DNA of 64,000 bases from Dimorphilus gyrociliatus (GCA_904063045.1 CAJFCJ010000015.1:620001-684000); one strand, 5' to 3'; shown: positions 1 to 14,799, counted from the stretch's first letter. Made by a program: numbers and translations. Notes: generated by a model not told the origin, from the sequence alone.

Positions 1-631
1 CCGCCGCTCTATCTCGTTGCCGTCTATTTTTGAACCAATTGCCAACTTGTGTCGGCGTGAGTCCGGTAGCTTGGGCTAGTTCTCGCTTCTTGGCTGGGTT
101 TGGATAAGGATCTTGTAGGTACCATTCTCGCAACAAGCTCCTTGTTCTTTCCTTGAAACAGTGTGTTTTCTGCTCCCCATCCCATATTGTGCGAGGGAGT
201 GGATACTTTTTACGTACACGGTATTTATCGACTGGTCCAAGAGGTCTACCGCGGAGACGTTCGGCTTCTTGATAATGCGCCTCGAGCCACATAGCTTGCA
301 ATTTCGGGTGCGAATCCTTGTTGAATTTATAATTCTCCAGAATGTGGTATAAGTCCTTGAAATTTCCTGTATGGAAAGCGACTAAAGAGCGAGCTCTGAG
401 GATTGATTCGTGCTTATTTAGAGCCTCCATCGCTGCAGGGTTTACTGGAAGGGACCAGAGAAATCTCCCTAACCGTTCAATATCACCGGATTCCTCCAAA
501 ACTTCGCACACTTGAGCTATTTGAGGCGGGGTAAAATTGATGGGAAGAACCGATGGGGCCGCCATAAAATTTCTGCAATGTGCCAAAAAGTTAGCTGTCG
601 CACTCTGCTGTTCTAGTCGAGAAGCATCCAT
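1..631 (-). CDS. six3/6: SIX-class homeobox protein Six3/6 (optix-type), exon 1; 3' part lies beyond the left window edge
   Basis: Manual minus-strand translation from ATG at 631 (in-frame TAG upstream; second ATG at 565): [62 protein letters not shown]...[65 protein letters not shown] at the start of the homeodomain is diagnostic for Six3/6. Missing from the ORF track because no stop falls inside the window. Confidence 0.96.
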   Translation of the reverse strand, partial: MDASRLEQQSATANFLAHCRNFMAAPSVLPINFTPPQIAQVCEVLEESGDIERLGRFLWSLPVNPAAMEALNKHESILRARSLVAFHTGNFKDLYHILENYKFNKDSHPKLQAMWLEAHYQEAERLRGRPLGPVDKYRVRKKYPLPRTIWDGEQKTHCFKERTRSLLREWYLQDPYPNPAKKRELAQATGLTPTQVGNWFKNRRQRDRAA

Positions 632-724
632 TGCAGATCGTTGGAAAAGAATGCGCTAAACTGTGGAAAGTAGTATAGTTAACAATTCCATAGTTAGACA
701 CGCAAACACGTGACATGACACTAA

Positions 725-800
725 TCGTTGATTGGTTGAAATTCGTAAGCAAAATATCATCGTCATAGCGACGCTCCGCCCCTTATTGCTGATTGGTCGA
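725..800 (-). promoter_or_regulatory. Putative Six3/6 proximal promoter (two CCAAT boxes and a GC box)
   Basis: ATTGG at 731-735 and 792-796 (CCAAT on minus) and CCGCCC at 776-781, 100-165 nt upstream of the ATG. Motif match only. Confidence 0.35.
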
Positions 801-3800
801 GGCAGTTAAATAATGAATATACGTATTCAATACATATCGGTCTACATAAATCGGGCTTGGCGCTACCGTAGCTCCATGATAGCGCCATTTTTGACGCTTA
901 TATCGAATTTTTCAACGATTCCTTGTTACTCTAGCGTTGTTTTATTGTTTCAATCAATTGTATTGTCCTCTTTATTGTATTCAGTATCGAAGCCCTCAGG
1001 GAACATTCGTTCTACGCAAACATCTGACTTTTACACTCTATTAAAAACGCAAGGGCGTCTGACGCGTGTTTTATTTTTCTTGTGGCTCAGCAATATTTGT
1101 CAAAATATCTCTGAGTTAAAATGACGATTAAACTTCATTAATTACTCAAAGAGGAAGGTGTCAGAAGCGATGATCACAGTGCGTAGTTCACACCTGATTC
1201 AAGAACTAACTCTCGGCGGTTCAATCAAAGGGTGGCACAAGCCAATTAGTACGTGTTCTATTGCTGACCACCATGCTGACCACTCTCTCAGAGCATGTGT
1301 GATAGATTTTGTTCGAATCTGTGATTGTTGATCGCAGCATTCACAATTTGACACTTTCCTTTACTTTCCAAACAGTCTACTATTTCCTGTTATTATTAAT
1401 CTACTACTTTCAATCTAATTACGTCACGACACAATATTACTGCATTATCTTCTCCAATTTCAATTACAGATACATATTCATACTAACTACTATTCTTTTT
1501 TTCACTGATTAATAAAATCAATGTCAAAGCATATCCATATCTTGTTGTTTTTTTTTATTTAAGAGGAGGGTAAATATATTAATTTAAATACATTTACAAA
1601 TATATATCTATGGAATAATTATATCTTTAAGGAAAATATAAATTTGCTTATATTTATATATATATATATCAATGTAATTATTTAAAAAATCATATTTGTC
1701 ATATAAATAGAAATTAATATTAAATCTTTTATATCAATGAGTGAATGGGTTATTTTTGAACCATTATTTTTTTATCGATACACCCTATTATAACTTTTGG
1801 CTTTTTTTTGTTTTTCTACATCTCTTTTAATTGGAAATATTCTGCATCAATAATTACTTTAATCGATAAAATTATCTACCTAGTTAATTAGCAGACTGTA
1901 TCGAAGCGATTACAAAATTAATTTATATATCAGAGAGAAAAGACCGAAAATATAAATTTGCTTATTAAAAGATTACAATCTCTCAGCTGGCATAAAATGC
2001 ATATGTTACGATATGAAAAACAAAATGCTCACATATTAAGATACTATCTCTTTTATCTACCCTATTTTTGGGACATACCCGGCTAACCTGTATAATGGCC
2101 AATTACAGCCTATAATAATTTGAGAATAGAACAGCCGTACGTATGTTCATTTATACCTTTTAATACTCATTTTTTAACAGATTCAATGTCGAGATAAATA
2201 GAATTTATTGCTTTTAAGTCAGATTAACATTTTTATTTTACACATATGTCTGCGCATTTGCTGTTTATACTTATATATCTTTACTATATGTATTGAATTG
2301 TTGAGAATATACCATATATCTGTAGGAATAGATATACACATATACAGGGTATGGATATTTATTTATATAAAAATATATATAAACAACTTTAAAGTTTTAT
2401 TAGCATTTGATATGTTGAGCGATTTAATATAAAACTCAAACGAGTTCATTACACTGATAAGAATAGTAATTACGAATGGATTTGATTACATTAAAGCCGC
2501 GGCTAAATAAAACGACTCTGACACTTTGCTTGGCGATAATTGCTAAATAAAGAATTGCACGTGTTCTCTGTGTGTTTGTGTGTGTTCCCCCCATGTACAC
2601 TTAAAGAAGAAGTGAGTATACAACTTGCATTTATATATATATATATATTAGTATATATATATAGAATGCAGTATTTTTTTTGTAATATATTATATATAGA
2701 TATACCATTGTTGAGAGTAGGGGGGACCGTTATAATAATATTTATATTATAATGGAAAGAATAGGAAGAGGTGTTAATATAAGGTGTTTTCAAGCTACGA
2801 TCTATTTCTCTCTAAAAGTTTCATTATGCTTGTGGATTGGTAAAAATATCAATAAAAGAAGTAGGTTACTAAATAGCTTAACATTCCATACTATTAGAAG
2901 GCGTTTATGAAGTTTCGCTACTTGCAGCTGTTTCTATAAATTTTACACAACTGATGATTGCAACTTAGGCAAGTTCTTATTTTAAAAGAACGCCGAACCT
3001 CGTAAATTATTCATGACACTTCACACCGCAACACGCACTTGATATCCTGCGTAAGGCGTTCTTTAACCGAGTCTTGCTTCCGTTTCTTTTTAATATACCC
3101 TATTATCGCTCATTTCCGTCGTTATGTCATTGCATAAGAATAAACGACAAGTGCTTATACAGAAATCGAGATTTTTGATGCGGGGAAGCGCGAGAAACGC
3201 AATCAGCGGGTAATTACTTGACACATCGCTTGATGATGTAAGAGAAAATCGGCATGGCGGCGAGGCGACGGCCGAGAAATTTTTATGACGTGAGGAAACG
3301 TCATTTTAGTCACATGACCTAGTTGAGTGTCTACCGACATGTGCGGGCTAAAAGCTGTCGAGATGACGACATCTTCGAGTGCTTTTTGACGTCTAAACTG
3401 TTTACGTCGAGAAAATTATTTGAAATATAAGGTATACTTGTCTCTATAAAGTTCGTATATTATATTTATTTGAGTTGGAAAAAGAATGGGAAATAAATAA
3501 AAACGAGAGAAAAAGGTAGAAGAGAAAAATTAATGGATTAGTGGACTGAGCGTCTAGCTAGTATAATGTTGTGTGTCTTGACAAACGAGCACTGACAGCT
3601 AGCCACTGTCCAGCCATCGTGCTGCGCATACTAACAACGCTATTATAGAGCTATATGATCTCTCGAGTGGGATGGGCGGGTAAATTTTATTAGTTTTTTG
3701 ACAGGTTTTCGTAAAAAGTCCATTTTCGGTGGCTGCCGGTCAAGTATATAGAACCGGCGGCAAACAATTTAACGTATAAGCGAATAATTGGATTGATAGG

Positions 3801-6800
3801 AGACGGAACAAAAACGTACAGTCACGTCGACGCAGTAGGCATGCACTCAGAGAGGCAGCAGGGCGTCGCGGCGTCTAAAAGGGCCATCCGACACACCTGG
3901 TCGGCGTCACTTTCACCGCGTAGACGGAGATCTCTCGCATTAAATATCCCTGACACGAGTAGCGAGCGAAGGAACGCGGGGAAGATGAGCCGCGATAAAC
4001 CTCTCTTCTTCCCCTATATAGCTGTGCTGGTTCCCACGAGAACGCTAGCTGTTTCCATGGAAAAAGCGTCTAAAGACAATGAGCGTTTTCTCTGCGTCTA
4101 ATTTGATTGTAAACTCGATTAGTGGGTGGGGTGATTAAGACGGCGCTCGTTGTCCGTTTGCGGCAGATGCGCGAGTGTTATTTCACTTGTTTTTCTTTTT
4201 TATAAGTAGGAGAAAAAATATCGTCAACTGGAAGAAATATAAAGAATACATAAACGCCGCTGCTAATATAAATATTCACCGTCATTAATAAGATTTCCGC
4301 TCGAAAAAACACGCTAACAAGTGCAAACGACTAAGGCGTTTGATAAGGGATGGTAAGGGGGAAGGAAAGGCGGACTGTAGCGAGTTTGTAAAATAAACAA
4401 AGACGCGTCGAGTTTCTAAACAAGAAAGATCTCAGGCTGAGATGCAGTCGGATGCCGTTAGATACTTGCGCTAATTGCTCGACAAGCGCGATAAAGCGGC
4501 CAGATAAAGTTCTGAGCTTTTATTACGTAATACCTTTTCATTTTCTCTCCTTCTTTCCCATTCTATTTCTTTTATTCTGTTACTTATTATAATAAAGACA
4601 ATTTCTCCCTCTATCTCAGCTTCTTTATCTAACTAACTACTCTCTCTTCCGCTTTCCTTTTTGTTTGTATAATTTGCGTATTTGTATATATACGTATAGA
4701 AGGGAAGAGGAGAGGATGGGGGGGACTCGGTTGGACGCGCACGCGCTGCGCTACCGAATAATAAGAAACGAATAATAGGAGGATGATTGACAAGGGAAGA
4801 CGTGTTTAGCAGGACAATACGAGATTGCCTGAGCTATCATTTTGTCAATACCGATGAGACAGTTTGAAAAATGTGCATAAAAGGTGCCCAATTTCATTGT
4901 AGGAATTGAAAGGGACGAGCAAACTTTATTACGGTTCGATGCTCGCACTAAAAGTCTTCCATTTTTACACTTGGATTGAGCGGCATAACAGATCATATTT
5001 TCGCTAATGATTTTCTGTCAGGCAGGGGCGCGGACCGCGAAAAGAAACGTTCCATTTTTTCTTTCTTCCGTCTCCTCTACAGTCTCCCATTCTACTCTTT
5101 CTCGCCCCCTCACCCCCACTTTTCCCTCCCTTCTCTTTTTTTTTCTTACGTGCTAAAGCCTTAAAGGCGCTTCTACTTAGATTACAAAGGGAATTGTTGG
5201 GGTGTGGTCTCTTTCTCCTTTGCCGTCTCCTTTTCGCTTAATCGCCGCCCCGATCACCGCCGTTTCTAGTAACCTTCATAACAACTATTTCCATCGTCGT
5301 TCATAGTTCTCACACGATGTTTTTTACGCCCTCTGGCGGTGCCCGAAGCATCTTCCGTAAAGGCGCGCATCCCTGCGCGTTACTTTTGACGGATGAATGC
5401 TGAAGTTGAATAGAAGATTTTTAAATACGTGCGATTGTTGTGAGCCCAACACACCTGCCGGCTCCTCCCATTTTCTGTTAGAGGAGAAACATTGAGATAC
5501 ATCATACACATAAAAAACAATATATTTTAAGGATAAAAAAAAACATAAAATAGCTTAGAGTCGGTGGGGCTTTTCAAGGAGAGGGAAAAGAAAGAAAGGC
5601 TAAAGGAAAAGAGAAGAGTAGAAAAATTAGCTCTTCAATGTACTTTTCTCTTTTGTTTTCTAAACTTATCCCTTTCGCTATGTATGTATGTGTATATAAG
5701 TACAGTTGATAAATGAAAACGAATCATTGTATCTAGAACAAAGGCGGTATCATATAACAAGAAAATGGACATTGTCTTGATGAGATTGGATATGGTCGCC
5801 CTATCGTTTATTATTATACTTCTCCAATAACGCGACCAAGTTTATATTTATATTTATTGTATATGTAGAGCGAATATATGTATATTAGGTTTTATAAATA
5901 CGTATACAACTACAAGCCAGATATACTTATGCATAGATACAAATATACGGAGACGTCTTTTATATGTTAGACGCTCCCTAATGGCCGCCACCACCTGCAG
6001 TTGTTCGTTAGAGTCTTTTGAGCGTCTAGTACGCCATTAAACATGGTTGGTCAGCAGGAATGCAATTACGGCGTCACACGCTCGCCGTTTGATTTCATCA
6101 CAAACGCGCACATTTACGTTGGCTTCCGGTCAATCGAATGTTCCGTAAATTCGTTTGTTTGCTGAAAAATCTGCGGTTCTCGGCCCGTGCCCGAATGATA
6201 ATATGATCATATCGAATTTAGCAACGAAAAGTGAATGTGTGTGTGTACTCAAACGAATTTAGGATTATGCGAAGGGAAGATAAAACGAACGCATTAACAT
6301 CAAACTTGCAGCAACGTCGGATAATCTTCCTCCTATCTTTTCTCCCGCTAACCTAATCTTCTTTCTAGCTTTTTACCGCCTAAGTACGTATCCCTAGCGA
6401 GAGCCCAGTCCGCAATACTGCAAAGTGTAAACATGACACCTTCCTAAACAACATCTGCGGCTCTAATGGAATTTATATCTAAATGTTCTATAGAGAAAAA
6501 AAAGAAAAGGAGAAAGGGAAAAAAATTAGAGATATACTAAAAATCTCTATCCAAATAGGGCGACCACGACCGACGCTCTACCATCTTGTCACTTTTCATT
6601 ACACATAAATATATGCATACGTATTATATATAGATTATATAGATTCGTTCTGAAATAAAAAAAATGCAACGCTCTTACAATCTCTCTCCAGTTCGCCCGT
6701 TGCAATTGAGTGACAACAACTCTATTTAGCCAAAATCAATACCAATCGCGTGATTATCTCCCGTAGATGCTCAGTGCGGGATCATTATGGAACTGCAATT

Positions 6801-8261
6801 GACGAGAATTTTCTGTACAGATAATATTCCGAAAACGTTTTGTTTTTTTTACATCTGTTTCCGAAAGGCAACTAATCCCTAAAATATATAGAGACAGGTT
6901 CACACTGAGCAATTTGCTCTTTCTTTTTACATCGTGTTTTTATATAGATTATACATTTTTTATTGCCTTATTATGCGGGTTTTTCTTTCTTTTTATAAGG
7001 TATGCATATACTTTTGAATAATGTTGAGATAACAAGAAGGAAGACTTCTGGACGGAACATAAATAAGAAAAAGGCTAAAGCGTTTAGATGCCACATACGT
7101 AGTCAATTAGGTGTGATTTAAAGTTGACAAAGTACAAAAGCTTACAGTCACACTATAAGCTATAGTTTGTCATGATCTGACAGTTGATATTTGCCTTGTT
7201 ATCTTTCTCTGTTGCCGTTTGTAATACGATGTTACTTTGAGTACAAACGATAGACTGTTTGCAAACGTGTCGCCTTTTTTGTCTTTCATAAATAGGCTGA
7301 CGGCGTCCAAATGAACGCAACGAAGCGCGCTAAAATCAGTAATGTACACAGACACAGATCAAACAAATCCCTGACCTTTGTCACCAAATTTAGTTACAAC
7401 TACCGCCGCATCATTGCAGTTATTTGCAGTAGACGGTCTATGTACACACTCTCATAGCGCAATTTATGGGACACAGGTGTTACGCAGTAATTGATGTCTG
7501 ATATAGTGAATACAAGGCGTCGCTCTCATTTTCCAGGCATGCACACGGCTCTCCCACCGCCGATCTAGAAATTAATTTTCCTAGGCAATGCGCTTGGTAT
7601 TGTGCGGCCGAGAAGGGATTGAATGAGTAAGCTGATGAACTGCAATGCGCTAACGGGCATAAGCTTAGGAAATGACAAGTTACGCCGTCTACGACCGTCT
7701 ATAGACGCCCCTGGCTCAGCTATCAACTGCCAAAGTTGTTTTCTGCTAGCCTCAAAGGCATGCGAGAGGCGGCTATGTAAAAAACTGCATTGGGACCCTA
7801 ACGGTGAGAGATGATGCAGACGCTACGTAAAGGGCAAGTGTATATTTAAAAGCTTCTAGACTTTTTTCCCTAATAGACTTTTCGCTTACATTTACATGGA
7901 CAGGTGGCATCAGTGTACGGGAAAAGAAATCTTCGAACGGTACAAAACCGCAGGGACACTCTTTACATCTTTTTTTCTTTGCCACGCCCACATCCATCTC
8001 CTTTTTCTGACTATACCCAATTTGTCCCAATCGCCACTTTTCTCATCGTATGAGATTCTTTCTTGAAAAAGACTGATTGAGACTCACGAAGCCACTAAAC
8101 CCCTATTTTATATTTAGAAACGGTAAAACGACACACCACAGATGTCAGCACCTGTCGAGTGTATTTTAATTTTTAGGCTCAACTTACTTAATACTCTAAG
8201 GGCTGTTTACATTAAACATTAAAACATTTTTTTAAGCTCATATACTTTACATTTAAGTGTT

Positions 8262-8981
8262 TTATCGGACTTTTCTTGTGTGACTTCTCGTCTTTCCGTG
8301 AGTATGAGAATTATCGCCATATGCTGAACAAGCGATGCATAATTGAGACAAGTAGTACGTAATCATTATGTATAATGACGCATTCTCAACTTTCCAGACG
8401 AATTGATCGAAAACGATAAGGTAATCCGAAATAACAAACACAGTTATTCCAAGCAGAACCAAATTCGCTGCCCCTGAGGGAAAGTAAACGGTCCTTATGG
8501 CCGCCCTCCAGAAGTGCACAAATATAAGAACCATGTAACCTGAAGTCGCAACTTGCTCAGCTGGGGCTTTCATATAGCTGATTACAAAAGATCCCATGAT
8601 GAATAGTCCAAGAGAAAGAACAAGCCCAATAATATACCCTTTTGGTTTCCAACCTTGGGCCCCAATGTAAAACAAATGACCAATCGCAAACAAACAGATA
8701 CCTGGGATAAATAATTTTATACGCCAGACGAGGCAAATGTCACCCATCAGCGAGAAGATTAATCCCATCAAAATTAAATTTTGATAATCAAAAGGTAGCT
8801 TCTTGACCTTTCTGAATTGTCTAGTTGAAAATACCATGTAAATTAAAGAAAGAATAGGAAGAATTTTAAAGATGACAGTTTTCAATTCCTCCTTTGGATA
8901 ATCATTATTCGTTGGGTCCAATCTGACAAAGTAAAAGTACAAAAGGACGGTTGTCAGGAATATTCCAAGTTGTTTATACAT
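8262..8981 (-). CDS. TMEM86: YhhN/TMEM86-family lysoplasmalogenase-like membrane protein, copy 1
   Basis: 239-aa hydrophobic ORF with YhhN motifs GLIFSLMGDICLV, FAIGHLFY, FVISDYLI, IMITYYLSQ. A tttcttcag acceptor just upstream of the ATG suggests an upstream exon. Confidence 0.88.
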   Translation of the reverse strand: MYKQLGIFLTTVLLYFYFVRLDPTNNDYPKEELKTVIFKILPILSLIYMVFSTRQFRKVKKLPFDYQNLILMGLIFSLMGDICLVWRIKLFIPGICLFAIGHLFYIGAQGWKPKGYIIGLVLSLGLFIMGSFVISYMKAPAEQVATSGYMVLIFVHFWRAAIRTVYFPSGAANLVLLGITVFVISDYLIVFDQFVWKVENASLYIMITYYLSQLCIACSAYGDNSHTHGKTRSHTRKVR

Positions 8982-9549
8982 TTCTGAAGAAAGAATAACC
9001 TCTATAAAAATGTTATTTGTAAAGAAATCGATGAAAAAGAAATTGCTTCTCTAAAATAAAACAAGTGCTATATTGAAACCACCGAAAATAATTAAAAACC
9101 TGTTTTATCGCTCAACTATAATATATTTTGCTTGAATATGTATCTTTAAGTAGTCAATCTTATTCTTCGATATTCACATAAATAAAAATCTCTTGCAAAC
9201 CTGAGTTTTGATGTATAATTTGGAAATTTCATAAAGCAGATTTAATAAATACTAATAGAGAAAAATAGGAACAATTGAATCAGGGACGAAAGATATTTCA
9301 ATTTGCTACAAAGTCCAGGTGCAAAGATCGAAAATCAATGTACTTAAAAGTTCTACAGAGTTCAATATTCTTTTTCGGTTTGCTCTTAAATTTCATTATT
9401 TAGCAATTAATAACGATTATTTTAAAAAGCCATTATTTTCATAAATTGTTAATGTTTAACTTCCTTCTACCATCTCTTATGATATTTACATAAATTTTAT
9501 ATTTATCGGAATATTTTTCTATAACAGCTAGGTCAACAGAGAATCACAA

Positions 9550-10292
9550 ATGTTCTCTAGAGTAAGTAAATGTTACTTATAGGTATTAGCATGAATTAAT
9601 TATCCATATTCTTTTGAAACTTTGAATTTTAGGAATTAATACGACTTGTTCCATTTGCATCGCTCGTTCTATTGTACTTGTATCAAGTAAAGCCGGTACC
9701 AGAGCTAAATGGCTATCCAGAAGAAAGCTTTAGATCCGTATTCTTCAAGCTATTACCTATGATTTATCTTATGTTGGCTGTATGGGCTGAACATAACAGT
9801 AAGAAGGATAAGAAGTACAGTCGAACGATTCTTACCGGTTTATTTTTCTCGGCTTTTGGAGATGCCTGTCTTGTATGGAGAGTTAAGCTCTTTATACCAG
9901 GCTTATTGTTCTTTTCAATTGCTCATATTTTTTATGCTTTCGCTATGCGATTCAAATACTTAGGAATTAAGTTCGCCTTGATTAGCTCCGTTGTGTTTCC
10001 CTTGGCATTTCACTTAGTAAGCAAGATTGACGATTTTGTAATGAAAATTTTAGTGTTCTATTACTGTTCCTTAATTTTCTTAATCGTTTGGCGATCATTT
10101 GTAAGAATGTCTCGTCTTCATTTCAATTCAGGAAGATATGCTGTAATTGGAGCTATATTTTTTGGCTGCTCTGATTACTTAATCGGATGCGATAAGTGGA
10201 TTATTAGTATACCACAAAGCTCTCTATTAATTATGATTACGTATTACACAGCTCAAGCGTTCTTAGCTTGTTCTGTATTTGCCTCGGATTAA
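9550..10292 (+). CDS. TMEM86: YhhN/TMEM86-family lysoplasmalogenase-like membrane protein, copy 2 (exons 9550-9561, 9633-10292)
   Basis: Motifs GLFFSAFGDACLV, FSIAHIFY, FGCSDYLI, IMITYYTAQ. True start inferred: ATG TTC TCT AGA|gtaagt ... tttttag|GAA TTA ATA gives MFSRELIRLVPF in frame with the track ORF (71-nt intron). Confidence 0.88.
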
Positions 10293-10521
10293 TTTTGTCG
10301 AGAGAAGAGTTATTCGTTTGCAATACAGCAGATGTCGCCACGATACTTTTAAAGTTGTTGATACTAGATCCAACTAGCGGATATAATTTTAAATAAGTAT
10401 AAAACTAAGAAAATATTATTAATCAGAGACATTATTTTATTATGAATAATAGATATTTATGTATTTCCTACAAGCTGCGCTTATTAATCGAATCGAAAAT
10501 ATCAATGGATTTAAGAGAGGT

Positions 10522-11521
10522 CTATTTCGAGACGTTTGAATTACTCTTTTCAGGGGAATCAATAAATACTGGGGATAACCAGGGAGAGTTTCGAATTTCA
10601 CTGATTGTAGCTCTTTTATTGACGTCAGACTCCAATATTTTATGTATGAGCTTCTTGCAAGAGTCGGAAACTTTCTTTGAACTAGAAAAGCTAACCTTTC
10701 GCTCTGTTTGATAGCGTATCATCTTTTTAATATTTGAATCATCGTACGGCATAGAACCGCAAACCATGATATACAGAATAACGCCCATACTCCAAATATC
10801 ATATGAGTAACCTTTATAAGCTATACCTTGTAATATCTCCGGGGCAGCATAAGCCGCACTCCCGCAAAAAGTTTTGCTAAATTCATTATCTGAAAGTTCA
10901 CGCGCAAATCCAAAATCTGAGACTTTAATGTTATTTTTTACATCCAGCAATAAATTTTCACATTTTAAATCTCGGTGAACTATGTTAAGGTTATGTAGGT
11001 GGTCTATAGCATCAACGAATTGGCCGAACATTGATTTTGATTTGTTCTCATCCAATGCTCCTCTTAATTTGATATATTCTAATAAATCACCATGTCCAGC
11101 CATCTCCATTACTATAAAAGTCTGTCGGAAGATATTTAAGGAAGATTTGTAATTTTTTTAATAGTCTATCAAAAGTGTAACAATGTTTCGTTTGCAAAAC
11201 GCCAGATGGCGACTCCATTACCTTATGTCCAAAAGAAAAGATATCGAAGCACTTGATGACGTTTGGATGATTGACCTTCTGCAGGACTTTTAACTCTCTC
11301 GGCATGAATTTTGTTAAAAAATCCCTTGGCGCCTTCCTCTTGTTTATTATCTTAAGTGCAACTTTTGGTCCTACAGAGTCGCCCTTTTTTATGACCGCTG
11401 CCCTGACCTTGGCATACGATCCCTCACCTAATATACATCCAACAATAAACCCTCGACGGCGAAGTTCTTCTTCGTCATTGACTGCGCTTACCTTTTCAGT
11501 TAATCTCGGTGGAACGGTCAT
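10522..11521 (-). CDS. TSSK: Testis-specific serine/threonine kinase (TSSK family), ~299 aa; exons 11521-11222 and 11121-10522
   Basis: [99 protein letters not shown] phase-0 GT-AG intron (11221-11122) joins GHK|TFIVME. Confidence 0.92.
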
Positions 11522-14500
11522 TTTAAAAAAGATGTTATTTTATAATTACTTTTTTTTTAGTATTATGCTAACAAGCGAGAAAAAAAATCCATGCTAATTA
11601 AAATAATTAGATGATTTTTAGCTTTTGTGTTTTTTTTTCTTGTTTTTTTTTCTTATTGATTTTTTTCTCTTAAATGATTTTTATCGTTTAAATTGAAAAA
11701 ATACTGACGATGGACGAATGTCATCAATTATTGGTGGAAAATTATATACATATAAACATTACGTCATCATCATTTTCTCTCCTTTACCCCCCTCTTAGAT
11801 TATTCTCTCTCTCTCTCTTACTCCTCCTCCTTCTCCACCCAACTCTACCGATTAATTGTTGCTTTCTTTTAATTAGTTGCTAAAAGACGTTCCTTGTGGC
11901 AGTCGACCCGTAATTATACGTTTCTGATGCCATCCAAACTTTCGATTGTTAAAGACGCGTGCCGTGAGTGACGTAACGATCACGTGATTGTTTTTTTCCG
12001 TCATGTCATTTTTCTTAGTGCTACACGTAGTTTTTAAGACAATTAAGCCTTGTTATAAATTCTATAGTAAGAGATTTATAAGCGCTTAATAGAGTGTTGA
12101 AAGGAGTAGAATAGCCCATAATAAAGAATAGATTGAGAGAAAAGACGAATAGGGCTAGAAAAGGGTGGATAAAACGATATATATCCGAAACCAATAAAGA
12201 CAAACGTGCGTCTATGTTTTCACTCGACAAACTCCGGTAAAGAAACGTCCTGGTGCAACGTTCCGCACGCCAACGTTCGTGCTCGTATCAAAGGCAATTA
12301 GCTCGCTCCCTCATATCGAATTTCCCCGAGATTTTAGCAGTTTGGGTTACATTAAATTAATTAGAGTGACCGACGGGCTCCGTCACGCTATCTACTAAAG
12401 AGGGAGGAGGGGGTCCAATACGCCGTCTGGTGGATCTTTTGAAGTGTTATTCGGCTCGCAGGACAGTGGTAATTTTACGCGAATTTTAGCGGCCTTTTTA
12501 TCCGAAAATTACAACGGAATTTTAATCGTCGATAAATGATGTGAAGATTATAACTTTATCAAAAGAAATGTTCCCTTTAAAGACGGCGTCTATTACATTA
12601 ATTATGTATAGCAATCAATGACTATGACGGTTATCCTATTACGTCTTATTAATGATATACATAGCGCTTTTAAACAACTTGGATAAGGTTGTTCTTTTTT
12701 TTTTTTTCACCCTTTTTTTTCATTCGGTCGCCAGCCGAACAGCGTAAAGGTAACCTGATCTTCTCGCATTACATCATCTGCCAGAAGCTGTTCTCGTTTA
12801 CTCAGCGTTTGCACAAACTTTGTTTCATATATATAGGCTTACAGCGTGTATATAACATATTAGGCGTATAAATATATACGGGTTGAAGAGGTACGACAAC
12901 CAGTAATCTTGGGCGATAAATTATGGAGCGCTAAGGCGAGTTAATGGCTTTCCTACCGACACGTCAATTGAACCGTCTTCCTGCGTGCCGAGGACACTTT
13001 CTATACGGGCGTCGATATGTTCGATTACCTTTTGTAAAGCGCGTTAGACGGTGTTTGTCGAATGTTTTCAAGCGGAAGGGAGGGGATGAGAGCTTCTCTT
13101 CCGCTTCCAAACTATTGCTCGTTTTGTTTCACCTATTGTTTAGCCAAAAAACCGGCTGTTGGCTCTTTATAGTGAAGAAGAATTAAAGGAGGGAAGAGAA
13201 AAAAAAAAGAATGAGGGAATATTTTTTACATACTTTATAAAGGAAAACAGGGCTTACGAAACCCCAGTGAGTAGAGGCGAGAGGCGAAAGTTTGTTTTCG
13301 TCGAAGGCGATAAGGGAAAGTAGGTCAGTTTGTTAACGCAGCCGCAGCCCCGGTCACGGTTTACAGTCTAATTCCCACAAGGATATCGGGTTTCCAGTTT
13401 ATCTATGCACTCCTGTTTTTGATTTTTCGTCTGACGTTTGACATTCTCCCAACTATTTTCTACAGCTGTTTCCGCCGCTTTTGTTTCTTCTCGATCCTTA
13501 ATCTATGTTTTCTCGCCTCTCTCTATCTGTCTATTAATCTATAGATATCTTCCAAACATGAAAAATCCCATATTTCTCAATTTCCAGTAAGGATAAAACA
13601 ATTTCTTAAGATTATTAAAAAGCTATTAAAAGCATGTCGAAATATCTTTACAATCAAGGCCATGTATAATATACAAGGTATCTCCGTATATAAAAAGCGT
13701 CGATCGACCGTAATTAAATCGTACATACAAGCGGATGCTATCGGATTTCTTAAATGGATCGAGGCAAGATTGATTGCTTATTCTCGGCGGCGAAATTCGC
13801 CATTTTTTCGTAATATTTTTCTTTTTGTTTACCTAACCTAAAAACGCCACTTCAACTCCGTTGTATATATACTACCTCTTTTTTCGTGCGTGTATACAAG
13901 TTAATTGAAAGTTGCTCCTTTTCTTCTCTTCCCCTACCACTTCTCTCCTCACTCCTTACATACTCCACTTTCACAATTTTTACGTAATAGAATTCTCAAA
14001 GTATCTTCAACTTTTTTTCTACGCTTCTAAGCCTACCTAGAGCCGAAGTTAAATAGTAGCAGATTGTTAACAGATGGAAGACAATAGAAAAACCTATGAC
14101 GTATCATTCGTCTAAATTGTATACAGGATATAATTTTACAAGCTATATATAACATTTATATTTTTTTATGTATCCATATTATATACGGGTTTATGCATTT
14201 TATATCGGCATCTGAATACTTATTTTTTTTATCTTTTGGACTATGAATTTTTAAATGCTGAAAATTTTTTTATTGTCCACAATACAAAAAAGGGTCGTTC
14301 GAGCTGACTAATTACGAGTTCTATTTATCGAACTGCGCCGAGTAAACACAATTATATTCCGAACAATTTTTCGACGAGCACCGTTTTTTTCTCTCTCTCT
14401 CTCTCTCTCTCTCGCTCTCATTCGCTCTCTCTTCTCCCTCCTTTTTTTCTCGCTTTCTCTTTTTTCGCTCTCTACGGCACTCTTCAACTAATATAGGAAA

Positions 14501-14799
14501 ACGCTTAACGAGTGGGGCGTATCTATATTGTTTAAGTAGAAGTGGACGGGGGCCGAATAACCCACCCCCTCGCATTTGAGAGTGAACATGAAAAAAAGCA
14601 TATATATTTTACGTGCCACATCACAAATGCACACATATTTACAATTTTCCACACGAATAGCATTTACACTGTGAAATTGTTTACATGAAATGACAACCTT
14701 TATTATTAGACAAACATCTGTTTGCATGATACAAAGAAATATGCCTAATGAGGCGAATCTAGAGAAGGACGTCTGCTCAGGATCTGCCTTCGTACACTC

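Noticed and set aside
1975-1995. Partial resemblance to miR-216 (atctctcagctggca)
   Set aside because: Imperfect match and no precursor hairpin.
11271-11597. Antisense or alternate-frame ORFs overlapping real genes (e.g. 11271-11597, 17287-17484, 34116-34307, 43894-45798, 50811-51998, 61768-61986)
   Set aside because: Shadows of coding sequence with no recognisable motifs.
11969-11986. CRE-like TGACGTAA and an E-box ~450 nt upstream of TSSK
   Set aside because: Short common motifs; suggestive of testis regulation but unsupported.
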